Shown one piece after another: positions 49,882-58,997 of a stretch of 64,000 nucleotides of DNA; position 1 is the first letter of the stretch, and each line of letters begins with the position of its first letter. The position numbers were made by a program, and so were the translations under genes. The notes under the pieces are model-generated. The model did no database searches, was not told where the DNA came from, and worked only from the letters and a program-made list of their open reading frames with translations. The DNA is from a virus: positions 1 to 64,000 of IMG/VR virus record IMGVR_UViG_3300025122_000005. One strand, given 5' to 3'.

Positions 49882-50772
49882 ATGAGTTGGAATGGTACTT
49901 GCTATTGTGGCTATTGCGGTGAAAGAGGGCACAATAGAAGGTCGTGCGCCACCCGCAAAGCAGACGACGACCGTACTCTTGAAGTCGCACCGGACTCACG
50001 TGAGGCCAAGCGAATTCTCTCACAGCGAAGATACGATAGGGAAAACAATAAAAAGAGCGCAAGGTATCGTTCCTGCACTTACTGTCGTGAGCCTGGACAT
50101 AACCGTAGAGGATGCCCCCTTAAAAAAGGAGACAAAGCACGCCTTCAGGAGAGATTTACCGAATATCGAAAAGTCTTTGCTGAAGAGTTGCAGAGGTCCG
50201 GTATCGGACCCGGAGCCCTCATAAGGTTTCCCCTGGACCACGGTCGCAACTTCCATTCAAGTCGCCATAAGTTTTTCACTATCGTTGGGCTTGTGACCAA
50301 AGTATATTGGGAGGAGGTGAGCAATAAACTCCAAGACGTTGATCTTACGCATTATCGTGCCCTCGAATATGGAGAAAGAGGTTTGGCGGAAATTCGTGTG
50401 GTTTCCACTGACGCTATAGAGGGAGAAGACCGCTGGACGATACCCACAAGACACGGAGAGCAAGTGGTTGTTCGATCACTTCTTTTTGCTCAGACTCTTC
50501 CAGACGCTTTTGCGACTACAGTTTTGGCAGACCAGCGTAGAGACGACAATAATCTCAACGATGATAAGCTCATGGGAAGGGTTGAGATCTTAAGCCCTGC
50601 CCCTTCTGTTACCGCACCGGAAGGATTTTTTGATGCTGGTCCTACGGAGTATGTACTGCGATCATATAATATCGAGCCCCGACGGGACGGCGACAAAGGA
50701 AGGTTAGGGTTAATGCACCCTTTAATGGAGGCACTTTATCCTGAAAACAAAGAAGAAATGGAAAAAGATTAA
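49882..50772 (+). CDS. Protein with two CCHC zinc knuckles
   Basis: CGYCGERGHNRRSC and CTYCREPGHNRRGC. Confidence 0.8.
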   Translation: MSWNGTCYCGYCGERGHNRRSCATRKADDDRTLEVAPDSREAKRILSQRRYDRENNKKSARYRSCTYCREPGHNRRGCPLKKGDKARLQERFTEYRKVFAEELQRSGIGPGALIRFPLDHGRNFHSSRHKFFTIVGLVTKVYWEEVSNKLQDVDLTHYRALEYGERGLAEIRVVSTDAIEGEDRWTIPTRHGEQVVVRSLLFAQTLPDAFATTVLADQRRDDNNLNDDKLMGRVEILSPAPSVTAPEGFFDAGPTEYVLRSYNIEPRRDGDKGRLGLMHPLMEALYPENKEEMEKD

Positions 50773-50967
50773 TGGACCCTTTTGAATTACATCCAGAAAC
50801 AAAAAAGAGTTTTGAGAAAAAAACTAAAAAATTCTTGACAAAGAAAGAAATATTTGGTATCTTAGATACAGAAATTAAGCAGTTTAAAAGAAGTGATTAT
50901 ATTTTAGTTGCTGGCATTCTTGAAAAAATTAAAGAAAAGATAGGAAAACTCACCGAAAGGAAACTTA

Positions 50968-51543
50968 ATGAGTAAGCTATATAATAATCTTTACCGCATG
51001 TCTCGTACAGAGATTAACAATTTAGCAAAGAATCAATTTATTGATAATGATATTCAGGTGTGGATTGCAAGCAATTCACATGTACAGGCGAGGTATTACC
51101 TTGCGGAATATCAGATTGATATGTGCGACGAAGCCTGCAAGGAGTTACTGTCCGGTAGGTCCAAAATTGTGAAGGGACTGTTGGTTGGCTCTGGTAGAGT
51201 TGCAGACCAAGATACTATTCGGTCTGTTTACGAGGAATGCAAGGATATGGACAGGTGGAGAATTCAAAACTTTTTTGTACAAAACGCCTGGTATCGCCGC
51301 TCGTCTCGCCAAAGAGAGATTGAAACTCCGCCGGATGTTTTAGAAATGATTTATGTTAATTCAAAACTAAATGATAATAACGAGCCAAGGTGGGGTTATG
51401 GTGGTCGATACCTGAAACGCGCACTTTCCGAACACAAAAACTGTACTCCCAAATTGGCTATCCAAATTAGTCAAGATCCAGACCCCGGAATTCAAAAGTT
51501 AGGATTCGCCGCGCTAGTGCGTATAGAACAACGTGATAAATAA
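50968..51543 (+). CDS. Hypothetical helical-repeat protein
   Basis: ORF with promoter TTGACA-N17-TATCTT at 50835-50863. Confidence 0.55.
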   Translation: MSKLYNNLYRMSRTEINNLAKNQFIDNDIQVWIASNSHVQARYYLAEYQIDMCDEACKELLSGRSKIVKGLLVGSGRVADQDTIRSVYEECKDMDRWRIQNFFVQNAWYRRSSRQREIETPPDVLEMIYVNSKLNDNNEPRWGYGGRYLKRALSEHKNCTPKLAIQISQDPDPGIQKLGFAALVRIEQRDK

Positions 51544-51663
51544 TTTGAATTATTGAGTTTTTCATTTTTTTTAAAAAAGTTGTTGACTTTATTCAAAAAA
51601 TTTGCGATACTATAAACACGTTGAAGATAACAAAAACTGCTAATTACTTCAGGAGACATCATC

Positions 51664-52725
51664 ATGGCAGTTGATTTTAAGACCTTTTCGAATATCGTTG
51701 GACACGTAACGGCGGTGCATAAACCGGTTTTGCTACGTGGTCGCCATGGCATCGGCAAATCCACCGTTGTGTACCAGTTTGCTCAAGCAATCGCAATGCC
51801 AATCGTAGAAAGGCGTGCGTCCCAAATGACGGAAGGCGACCTTGTAGGTCTTCCTATCGTAGAGGGAGAGTCCACCAAGTTTAATCCGCCCGACTGGTAT
51901 AAGCGAGCTTGTGACGAGCCTGTGGTGTTGTTTCTTGATGAGATTGACCGCGCTACAATCGAGGTCCGTCAAGGAATCTTTGAGCTTACCGATAGCCGCA
52001 AACTAAACGGCCATATGTTACATGAGGGCACCCTTATTTTTGCAGCAGTGAATGGTGGTGAGTCCGGCGATCAATATCAGGTAGGGGAAATGGATCCTGC
52101 CGAGCTTGACAGGTGGACGGTCTTTGACATAGAACCGTCAGTTGAAGACTGGCTTTCGTGGGCGAAGGACAATGATATTGACGACGCTATCTGGGATTTC
52201 GTCAATCACAATCGCCAACACCTAGAACACTCAGACGACTTTGAGCCCAACAAGGTATATCCTTCTCGTCGTTCGTGGGAGCGTCTAAACGAGTGTCTTG
52301 CTTTAGCCAACCTGATGGAAGAGTCGGGAACGGACCTGTTCAATCTTACATCAGCATTCGTGGGGTTTGAAGCTGCCGTCGCGTTTAATGATTTTATTAA
52401 AAACTATGACCGACAAGTCTCTATCGAAGACATCCTAATGAAGGGTGATTTTACCAAGGTTGCTGATTTTGGTATTAATGAGCATACAGCAATGGTTGAC
52501 AAGTTTGAGGCATCGAAAACCTTTGCAGAAGAGTTGCCACAAAGACAAATTAGTAATCTTGCCAAATACTTTGTTATGCTCCCGTCGGAAGTTGCTATGA
52601 AGTTGTGGTCTGTCCTGGGTTCTGGCGCACTACAGAACACTGTTAACTTGCATCAAGCAGAAATTGACGGGTCCTCGGTTAGTGCTTATCTGGTAGAAAT
52701 TCTTTCGGGAGAAAGTCAAGAATAA
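51664..52725 (+). CDS. MoxR-like AAA+ ATPase
   Basis: GRHGIGKS, LFLDEIDR, FAAVN, ELDRW, PSRRSW. Confidence 0.88.
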   Translation: MAVDFKTFSNIVGHVTAVHKPVLLRGRHGIGKSTVVYQFAQAIAMPIVERRASQMTEGDLVGLPIVEGESTKFNPPDWYKRACDEPVVLFLDEIDRATIEVRQGIFELTDSRKLNGHMLHEGTLIFAAVNGGESGDQYQVGEMDPAELDRWTVFDIEPSVEDWLSWAKDNDIDDAIWDFVNHNRQHLEHSDDFEPNKVYPSRRSWERLNECLALANLMEESGTDLFNLTSAFVGFEAAVAFNDFIKNYDRQVSIEDILMKGDFTKVADFGINEHTAMVDKFEASKTFAEELPQRQISNLAKYFVMLPSEVAMKLWSVLGSGALQNTVNLHQAEIDGSSVSAYLVEILSGESQE

Positions 52726-52790
52726 ACTTGACTTTTGTCCAGAATTCTACTATTATAGTAGGACAAATATAATTTAAGGAGCCTTCACCA

Positions 52791-54038
52791 ATGCAAGCAA
52801 ATTCTATTGTAACAGACTTTGACCTAAACAAGCACACCGCTAGGTTGCTTATGGATGAACCGTTCTTCGCGGCGGTGTCCCGTCGGATTGACAAGCGTGC
52901 AAGTTACGCTATTCCTACGGCTGGTGTGTGTGTAAATCCTGACTCAGCACAGTTTGAAATGCTGTACAACCCCAATTTCTTTGCAAAATTGACGGACGAA
53001 GAACGTAGAGACGTTCTTAAGCATGAATTCTATCATATCGTTTTCTTGCACGTCACAGATCGCATGCCGGAAGGAGTCAATAGAAAGAAGTGGAATATTG
53101 CCACTGACTTGGCTATTAATTCGCATCTTAGGAATCTTCCTGAAGGAGGGCTAATCCCCGGTGAAGGTCCTTTCGAGGCTCTACCTCCTGGCCAGTCTGC
53201 GGAATGGTATCTTGCTAACATGCCAGACTTTGGGAATGACGACGGACAGGGCGAGAATGGCTCTAAGAGCCCCGACAATGGCTCCCAGGATGGAAACCAA
53301 GGGTCGGACTCAGAAAACCCATCAGAGGGCGATTCTAGTGGTTCTGGCGGCATGCCAGAGACTCTTGATAGTCATGATGGATGGTCTGAATGTAGCCAAG
53401 AAGTCAAAGATATGGCGAAGGAAAGGCTGAAGGACATTATTCGTAAAGCTGCGGAAGAGTCTTCAAAATCATCAGGGTGGGGCTCCGTTCCTGCAAGCTG
53501 TAAAGAAAAGATTATGAAGGCACTTCACTCTAAAATAGACTGGAAAAAGGTCTTGCGATATTTCGTGAAAACATCGCAGAGAGCAGATAAGTCGTCTAGT
53601 ATTAAGAGAATAAACCGTCGCTACCCGTATATTCATTCCGGTCGCAAAACAAATAGAATAGCAAAGATTGCAGTGTCTATTGACCAATCCGGCTCGGTTG
53701 ACAACGAAATGTTAACAAAGTTTTTTGTGGAGTTGAACAAACTGGCAGATATAGCAGAATTCACTGTCATTCCTTTCGATACTAGGGTAGAAGAATCTCT
53801 TGTTTATACCTGGAAAAAGGGTGAAAGTAAAAAGTGGGAACGTGTCATGTGTGGCGGGACCTGCTTTGATGCTCCAACGGAGTATGTCAACCAACACAAC
53901 TTTGATGGTCACATAATTTTGACCGATATGCAAGCCCCCAAACCAAAACCTAGCAAGTGTCAAAGGATGTGGATGACTACTCCGGTGTATATAAAGTATT
54001 CTTTTGAAACAAAAGAAAAAGTTGTTACTATAGAATAA
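52791..54038 (+). CDS. DUF2201-type putative metallopeptidase with vWA domain
   Basis: LKHEFYH, NIATDLAIN, DSHDGW, SIDQSGS, GGTCF, LTD. Confidence 0.85.
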   Translation: MQANSIVTDFDLNKHTARLLMDEPFFAAVSRRIDKRASYAIPTAGVCVNPDSAQFEMLYNPNFFAKLTDEERRDVLKHEFYHIVFLHVTDRMPEGVNRKKWNIATDLAINSHLRNLPEGGLIPGEGPFEALPPGQSAEWYLANMPDFGNDDGQGENGSKSPDNGSQDGNQGSDSENPSEGDSSGSGGMPETLDSHDGWSECSQEVKDMAKERLKDIIRKAAEESSKSSGWGSVPASCKEKIMKALHSKIDWKKVLRYFVKTSQRADKSSSIKRINRRYPYIHSGRKTNRIAKIAVSIDQSGSVDNEMLTKFFVELNKLADIAEFTVIPFDTRVEESLVYTWKKGESKKWERVMCGGTCFDAPTEYVNQHNFDGHIILTDMQAPKPKPSKCQRMWMTTPVYIKYSFETKEKVVTIE

Positions 54039-54054
54039 CCTATTTATAAATAGG
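54039..54054. promoter_or_regulatory. Perfect 16-bp palindrome containing a late-promoter-like motif
   Basis: CCTATTTATAAATAGG contains CTATTTAT and T4-like TATAAATA. Confidence 0.55.
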
Positions 54055-54062
54055 GGTATTGA

Positions 54063-54650
54063 ATGCCGGTTAAGCATCCAGAAGAGGAAAAATGGAATAG
54101 CATTACTCATGCTGTTGGTCTTGGACTATTTCTGGTTGCTTCATGCTACTGTACATCCTTGGTAGAGAAGTGGTATTGCTTGGGAATATCTTTCACAATG
54201 CTTTTATCCGTACTCTACCATGGAGTTGAGAATGCAAGATTAAAAGAAGTGTTTAGAATGTTAGATATGGTTTCTATACATATCTTAATAGCGGTCACTT
54301 CTATTTGTTATCTCGTCAGCTACGGAGGCAACGTACTACAGTGTTTGCTACCGGCAGCATCCGGCCTCGCTTGTGCTTTATACGTGTTTCGAAAATACAA
54401 CACGTTTTCGGTCCAACGGGGTGCGGTGTCGCTATACATCTTATCTGGCATTCTGTGTTTGACTAGTGTAGCGGTAGTTTCTGGCAACGCTCACTATGGG
54501 TCATTTTGTTATTTTATCGTTGGCATCGTGGTGTATCTTCTTGGATTGGTATTTTATTTGAGGGACCATAAAAAATGGTATCACACAATGTGGCATTTAT
54601 TCGTACTTTTCGGCGGAATTTTGCACTTGGTTGGATTAGATACTATTTAA
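54063..54650 (+). CDS. Hemolysin III/PAQR family membrane protein
   Basis: EEKWNSITHAVG, SVLYH, LDMVSIH, YHTMWHLFV. Confidence 0.88.
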   Translation: MPVKHPEEEKWNSITHAVGLGLFLVASCYCTSLVEKWYCLGISFTMLLSVLYHGVENARLKEVFRMLDMVSIHILIAVTSICYLVSYGGNVLQCLLPAASGLACALYVFRKYNTFSVQRGAVSLYILSGILCLTSVAVVSGNAHYGSFCYFIVGIVVYLLGLVFYLRDHKKWYHTMWHLFVLFGGILHLVGLDTI

Positions 54651-54653
54651 TAT

Positions 54654-54854
54654 GTGAATTTAGAAAAAGGCGATTTAGTGGCGTGCTACCTTCTCAGCTC
54701 TAGTCTTGAAGAAGAAGCACTTATGCAATACGGGATCGTCCTCGACGTTAATCCCACCCTTGAAGATGTATTGGTGCTAGATAACTGTGCCGACGCCCGT
54801 TGGTGGCCCAAAAGGCGTTGGCGACTTTTGAAAAAAGCGAAAAAAACTTCTTGA
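54654..54854 (+). CDS. SH3-like protein
   Basis: LEKGDLV...YGIVL...WRLL. Confidence 0.65.
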   Translation: MNLEKGDLVACYLLSSSLEEEALMQYGIVLDVNPTLEDVLVLDNCADARWWPKRRWRLLKKAKKTS

Positions 54855-54895
54855 CTTTTTAAAAATCTTCTGTTATTATATAAACACAATCAAGG
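54851..54895 (+). promoter_or_regulatory. Repeated early promoter-leader unit
   Basis: TTGACT-N17-TATTAT-ATAAACACAATCAA. Confidence 0.8.
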
Positions 54896-55080
54896 AAGCG
54901 AGGATAAATTGACTTGGCTAAACGCAGTATCAACAACGAATATTCTTTTAATCATTCTCGTCGCAATCACGTTGGCGAAAAAATAAAAGACGCTGCCATC
55001 CGAACGATAGCGTTCGGCGCAGGCATCATGTTAGTCGCTTCTATCCCACTTTGGGGAATCATTTTTAAGAAAGGCGAATA

Positions 55081-55239
55081 ATGAACCTAGGCGACTTGGT
55101 AAAGGTAAAGTACTCTGATAAACACTTGGGTATAATAATCAGTGCTCTTAATTCAGATAAATACTATGACGTATTAATTGGCGGTAAGATTTGTTTCTGT
55201 CATGAAAGCAACCTGGAGGTCATCAGTGAAAGTCGGTGA
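55081..55239 (+). CDS. SH3-like cassette B1 (52 aa, not in the ORF track)
   Basis: MNLGDLVKV...NLEVISESR, manual translation. Confidence 0.8.
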   Translation: MNLGDLVKVKYSDKHLGIIISALNSDKYYDVLIGGKICFCHESNLEVISESR

Positions 55240-55405
55240 TATGGTAAAAACAGTCCATGGATTCTATCGACGCGGATTATTGATTGAACAAGCCCAAGAT
55301 AGATTAGCGATGAATAACAAGGTTTTCAGGGTTTTGTGGCACAACGGCACCGTTTCAAACAATGTGTGGGATTATGACCTGGAGTTAATCAGTGAAAGTA
55401 GGTGA
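55226..55405 (+). CDS. SH3-like cassette B2
   Basis: VKVGDMVKT...DLELISESR. Confidence 0.8.
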   Translation: MKVGDMVKTVHGFYRRGLLIEQAQDRLAMNNKVFRVLWHNGTVSNNVWDYDLELISESR

Positions 55406-55595
55406 CTTGGTGCGCTGGATCGCAGGATATATCGGCACCGGCTCTGTTGGCTTAATTATTTCCGTTGGATACGGCGAAGAGTATACAGACACTGAGCAAA
55501 GTTGTGATCTGCATCCTGATATTTGGGTATTGGTTAACGGACACAAAGAACGATGGAACGAACGATATTTGGAGCTAATCAGTGAAAGTCGGTGA
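55392..55595 (+). CDS. SH3-like cassette B3
   Basis: VKVGDLVRW...LELISESR. Confidence 0.8.
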   Translation: MKVGDLVRWIAGYIGTGSVGLIISVGYGEEYTDTEQSCDLHPDIWVLVNGHKERWNERYLELISESR

Positions 55596-55749
55596 TTTGG
55601 TAAGATGTGTTTCAGCCAATGGGTTAGTAGGGTTAATCACTAAGATAATGCTAAATGCCCATAAGTCTCTTATTTATATCGTCCTTGTGGGCGGAGTTAA
55701 TTATCCTTTTCGGTCTAACATGCTGGAGGTTATCAGTGAGAGTCGGTGA
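55582..55749 (+). CDS. SH3-like cassette B4 (55 aa, not in the ORF track)
   Basis: VKVGDLVRC...LEVISESR, manual translation. Confidence 0.8.
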   Translation: MKVGDLVRCVSANGLVGLITKIMLNAHKSLIYIVLVGGVNYPFRSNMLEVISESR

Positions 55750-55909
55750 TTTGGTACGCACGCCGCGATTTAAAACGGTGTATCTTATTATAAGAAAACG
55801 TGACGACTTACTCGCCTTGGGAGAGATTTTCGTTGTGCAATCTGTTGACGGAAAAATAAAGCAATCTTTGAACAGAAATCTTTTGGAGGTCATCAGTGAA
55901 AGTCGGTGA
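55736..55909 (+). CDS. SH3-like cassette B5
   Basis: VRVGDLVRT...LEVISESR. Confidence 0.8.
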   Translation: MRVGDLVRTPRFKTVYLIIRKRDDLLALGEIFVVQSVDGKIKQSLNRNLLEVISESR

Positions 55910-56078
55910 TTTGATCCGGCACGATGATCGTACCTATGGCACGACTGGCATTGGAGTTTTGTTGTATGACAACAAAGAAGGTGGCACCTTGAAGATTTAT
56001 GATGCAAAAAAAGAAAAATCTTATTGGATTGTCAGAAGTCAATGTAGAGTCTTGAGCCCTGGTAGCTCAGTCGGATAG
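55896..56078 (+). CDS. SH3-like cassette B6 (stop lies inside the tRNA)
   Basis: VKVGDLIRH...CRVLSPGSSVG. Confidence 0.75.
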   Translation: MKVGDLIRHDDRTYGTTGIGVLLYDNKEGGTLKIYDAKKEKSYWIVRSQCRVLSPGSSVG

Positions 56079-56129
56079 AGCAGCTGCCTTCTAAGCAGCG
56101 GGTCACAGGTTCGAATCCTGTCCAGGGTA
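56056..56129 (+). tRNA. trnR: tRNA-Arg(UCU), CCA not encoded
   Basis: Full cloverleaf: GCCCTGG/CCAGGGT, GCTC/GAGC, GCTGC-CTTCTAA-GCAGC, ACAGG-TTCGAAT-CCTGT. Confidence 0.97.
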
Positions 56130-56232
56130 CAACTTAAACAGAGAGGAAATAACAAAATGGATTTTTTAGGAAGCATCATAGCAATAGCCATAGGACTATT
56201 CTTTGGCCAAATGATGATAGACTGGTGGAAAA

Positions 56233-56751
56233 ATGATTAAACGGTGGATTATAGAAAGTCTGCCATTTAATCAAATCGGAAAATCACTCGGCCAAGTCTA
56301 CAGTGACGTTAATTTTACTTCCTTAGATTTAGGAAGAGGCAACGTCACAGAAGAAGGGTTTCTATCTTCACTCTTAGAATTAAAAGACGAGCAAGCCCTA
56401 GTTATCATAGGCGAAGATGATATTCGCGGGACCAACTACGGCTTTATAAAATATAACTGTATTTAAAGGACGGCAAATAAAATGAACGAGACACGTAGAG
56501 AAATATTCAAGCACGGTACGAAAATTCTACGCTCTATAGCAGAGCATTATGATAGCGGAAATATAGACACTCCAGAAACAAATCACATGCTTATGCAATT
56601 ATTCGCCCTCGCAGTAGAAGGCAAGGTAAGGGGCGATATATGCGAGGACACTGGACACGTCAAGTGGTCGCTTACTGATTCATGCCGCGAAGAAGTAGAA
56701 CAACTAAAGCAGGGAATTGCCGACAAAGTAATCGTGAAAGGCCCGTGGTAA
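56233..56751 (+). CDS. Two hypothetical proteins (56233-56466, 56482-56751)
   Basis: ORF track; RBS present. Confidence 0.5.
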
Positions 56752-56939
56752 TAAGTATCGGTGATTTGGTATTCTACAAAGAAGACCCAAAGAACATAGG
56801 GCTGGTCGTATCGTTAATAAGGCTTAATCCATCCGACGAATTTCATCGTGTACCCCCACTTGTGACGGTGCGCTGGATGGACGGTCGGCAATCTGACGAA
56901 TTTGAATCTGATTTGGAAAAAATTGAAAAAAAGACTTGA
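56745..56939 (+). CDS. SH3-like protein
   Basis: ISIGDLVFY...GLVV...VRW...DLEKI. Confidence 0.7.
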   Translation: MVISIGDLVFYKEDPKNIGLVVSLIRLNPSDEFHRVPPLVTVRWMDGRQSDEFESDLEKIEKKT

Positions 56940-56980
56940 TTTTTAAAATTTGATTTGTTATCATATAAACACAATCAAAG
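56936..56980 (+). promoter_or_regulatory. Repeated early promoter-leader unit
   Basis: TTGATT-N17-TATCAT-ATAAACACAATCAA. Confidence 0.8.
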
Positions 56981-56993
56981 AAGAGGACAAAAA

Positions 56994-57674
56994 ATGTCTT
57001 TGCAAATGGAAAAAGAAGTATTGAATCAGAATCTAGCCTTGGATAAGTCTAGGTCTTTAGATGAAGTGCTTAGAGCAAACAACGTCCACACAGATAAGCT
57101 ATACAAACCAGAAAAACAGTATCCGCTTCAGGGGTCGGATAAGCCAAAGGAAGTTAAAACAGACTTCGCTTGTCCTGTTTCTGGTGCTCGAATTTCAGTT
57201 AAGGATCACGGCATTGTAGAGCTTTGTTCGATAGGTATGCTGCAATTCTGTGATTATCTCGATGTATCGTTCACTAGGGCAGGATATTCCATCGAAGATG
57301 CACAGCCATTCAAAGAGGCTTTACTGTTTCAACCAAAAAGGCTTACTGGCGACCCCGAAATGGACCAATGGAATGCGGGACCAAAGAAAATCTTAAATTC
57401 TACACTAGAATCAATGATGGACAAATACCCGAAACTAAAGAGAGAAATCGTCAAGACTGCTTTACTCGGAGAGGGCATATACGAAGGCGACGCTATTCCT
57501 ACCCACGTTGCAACGCCTAAAAAGTTTGTTCGTATCACCGAGGAATACATTGACAAAGTTACAGAAATTTGTAACCTAGATATTCGACTCAAGGGTAGAT
57601 CAAGATTGCCGGATACCAATATTAGAAGAAGAGAACCGTCATTTAGAATCGGTCTAAACATGAAAAACTTGTAA
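56994..57674 (+). CDS. Hypothetical protein
   Basis: GAGG RBS; ATG 56994. Confidence 0.6.
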   Translation: MSLQMEKEVLNQNLALDKSRSLDEVLRANNVHTDKLYKPEKQYPLQGSDKPKEVKTDFACPVSGARISVKDHGIVELCSIGMLQFCDYLDVSFTRAGYSIEDAQPFKEALLFQPKRLTGDPEMDQWNAGPKKILNSTLESMMDKYPKLKREIVKTALLGEGIYEGDAIPTHVATPKKFVRITEEYIDKVTEICNLDIRLKGRSRLPDTNIRRREPSFRIGLNMKNL

Positions 57675-57717
57675 CACACCGGAATTATTTAGATTTTACG
57701 TTTTCTTTAAAAAACAC

Positions 57718-57766
57718 TTGACTTTTTAAAAAAGATTTGTTATTATATAATCACAATCAAGAAAAG
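57718..57766 (+). promoter_or_regulatory. Repeated early promoter-leader unit
   Basis: TTGACT-N17-TATTAT-ATAATCACAATCAA. Confidence 0.8.
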
Positions 57767-57778
57767 GATTTAATTCCG

Positions 57779-58494
57779 ATGAAAAAACTGTTTGTTCTTA
57801 TGATGGTCTTTATGGCGACGACGGGTTGTGTCATCGAGACAACGGAAACATTCGTACCGTCCCTTTCTTCCGGTTGCTTTACGAGTGATCATGACTACTC
57901 ACACACTGAGTTTGATTGCATTGATTATTCAGTAAGTTATGTTTTCTGTGATTCTTCTAGGGATCATCCGAGGTTCCGACATTGGGATTGCTACTGGCCA
58001 GACGAAGTACCAGAAGTTTTTGACGGTGGTTGCGTTTCCTACAATATTTGTCATTAACCCGAAAGAGAAATACTATATGAGATTATCAACGAAAGGGTCT
58101 GCCCGTCGCCTAGCGCGAATGTGGGTAGACCTAAACGACAATAGAAGAAAAGAGCTTTTAGACACCCTTGACACAGAGGCACGTATAGAAGTTATCGAGA
58201 ACATGTTAAAGATAAAAACAGAAAGGAAAGAGAAAAATGTTTAGTATGCACGCCCGAGGGGACCTTATCCAATATTTAGAGTCGGAAGGATTCACAGTAG
58301 GCGAAGAAGAAGAGACAGAAGACCTCAGAGCAGCATGCTGTATGCACGCTCAAGCGGTTGCTCTGTCACGTTCTCCGGTGTTCCAGTCGGTTGCTGCCAA
58401 TGCCGAAAGGTTGGTTCGTAAGGCATCATTCGCCAACGCGCCTACAGTCGATTGCGAATATCCAGAATTTAACGATTCTTATCCAGGTTGGTAA
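57779..58494 (+). CDS. Lipoprotein (57779-58057) and two hypothetical proteins (58077-58244, 58237-58494)
   Basis: ATTGC lipobox; coupled ORFs. Confidence 0.5.
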
Positions 58495-58537
58495 GTTATT
58501 GATATAACTGAGGTTTCACGATTAATCAAAAAACTTC

Positions 58538-58590
58538 TTGACTTTTAAAAAAACCTTTGATAGTATATAAACACAATCGAGGAAAAAGGA
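58538..58590 (+). promoter_or_regulatory. Repeated early promoter-leader unit
   Basis: TTGACT-N17-TAGTAT-ATAAACACAATC. Confidence 0.8.
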
Positions 58591-58598
58591 AATTCATT

Positions 58599-58986
58599 TT
58601 GAAGAATCCGTTAACGAAGCAAGGATTGTTTGCCACTCCAAAATCCTTTAAAGAGATAGAGACGATGATTGAGGGACTCTCAAGGACTCAAAGAGCGGTT
58701 GGCTACACCATCGCAGCAATGACCTGGAATCGCGCCGTTGAAATGGTGCAAAATGCGATTGATCTTGAAGATCAGAAAGAAGCGGAAAGTCTCTACAATG
58801 AAGACTAAGAACGCGAATAAATATCAGTATCTCTTTGTTTTACAGGGCAATTATGGTTATGGCGACGGGTGGGAAGATCTCACAGCGAGTGATCACCGAA
58901 AAGATGTCCGAGCAGCTCTGCGATCCTATCACGAGAATGAGGGGGGTCGCTATCGTATTATCCGTAGAAGAGAGTTAAACATTTAA
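58599..58986 (+). CDS. Two hypothetical proteins (58599-58808, 58798-58986)
   Basis: ORF track; coupling. Confidence 0.55.
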
Positions 58987-58997
58987 TATATTGGGTT

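Noticed and set aside
52693-52725. MoxR C-terminus EILSGESQ resembling the cassette junction
   Set aside because: Weak match and no KVGDLV start follows.
55223-55909. CRISPR array (regularly spaced ~30-nt repeats)
   Set aside because: Spacers are 150-190-nt complete ORFs, repeats are degenerate, coding and non-palindromic, and no cas genes are present.
47583-56078. Diversity-generating retroelement (TR/VR pairs among cassettes)
   Set aside because: Paralogue differences (A7 vs B2, A6 vs B3) involve C, G and T as well as A; no RT is visible.
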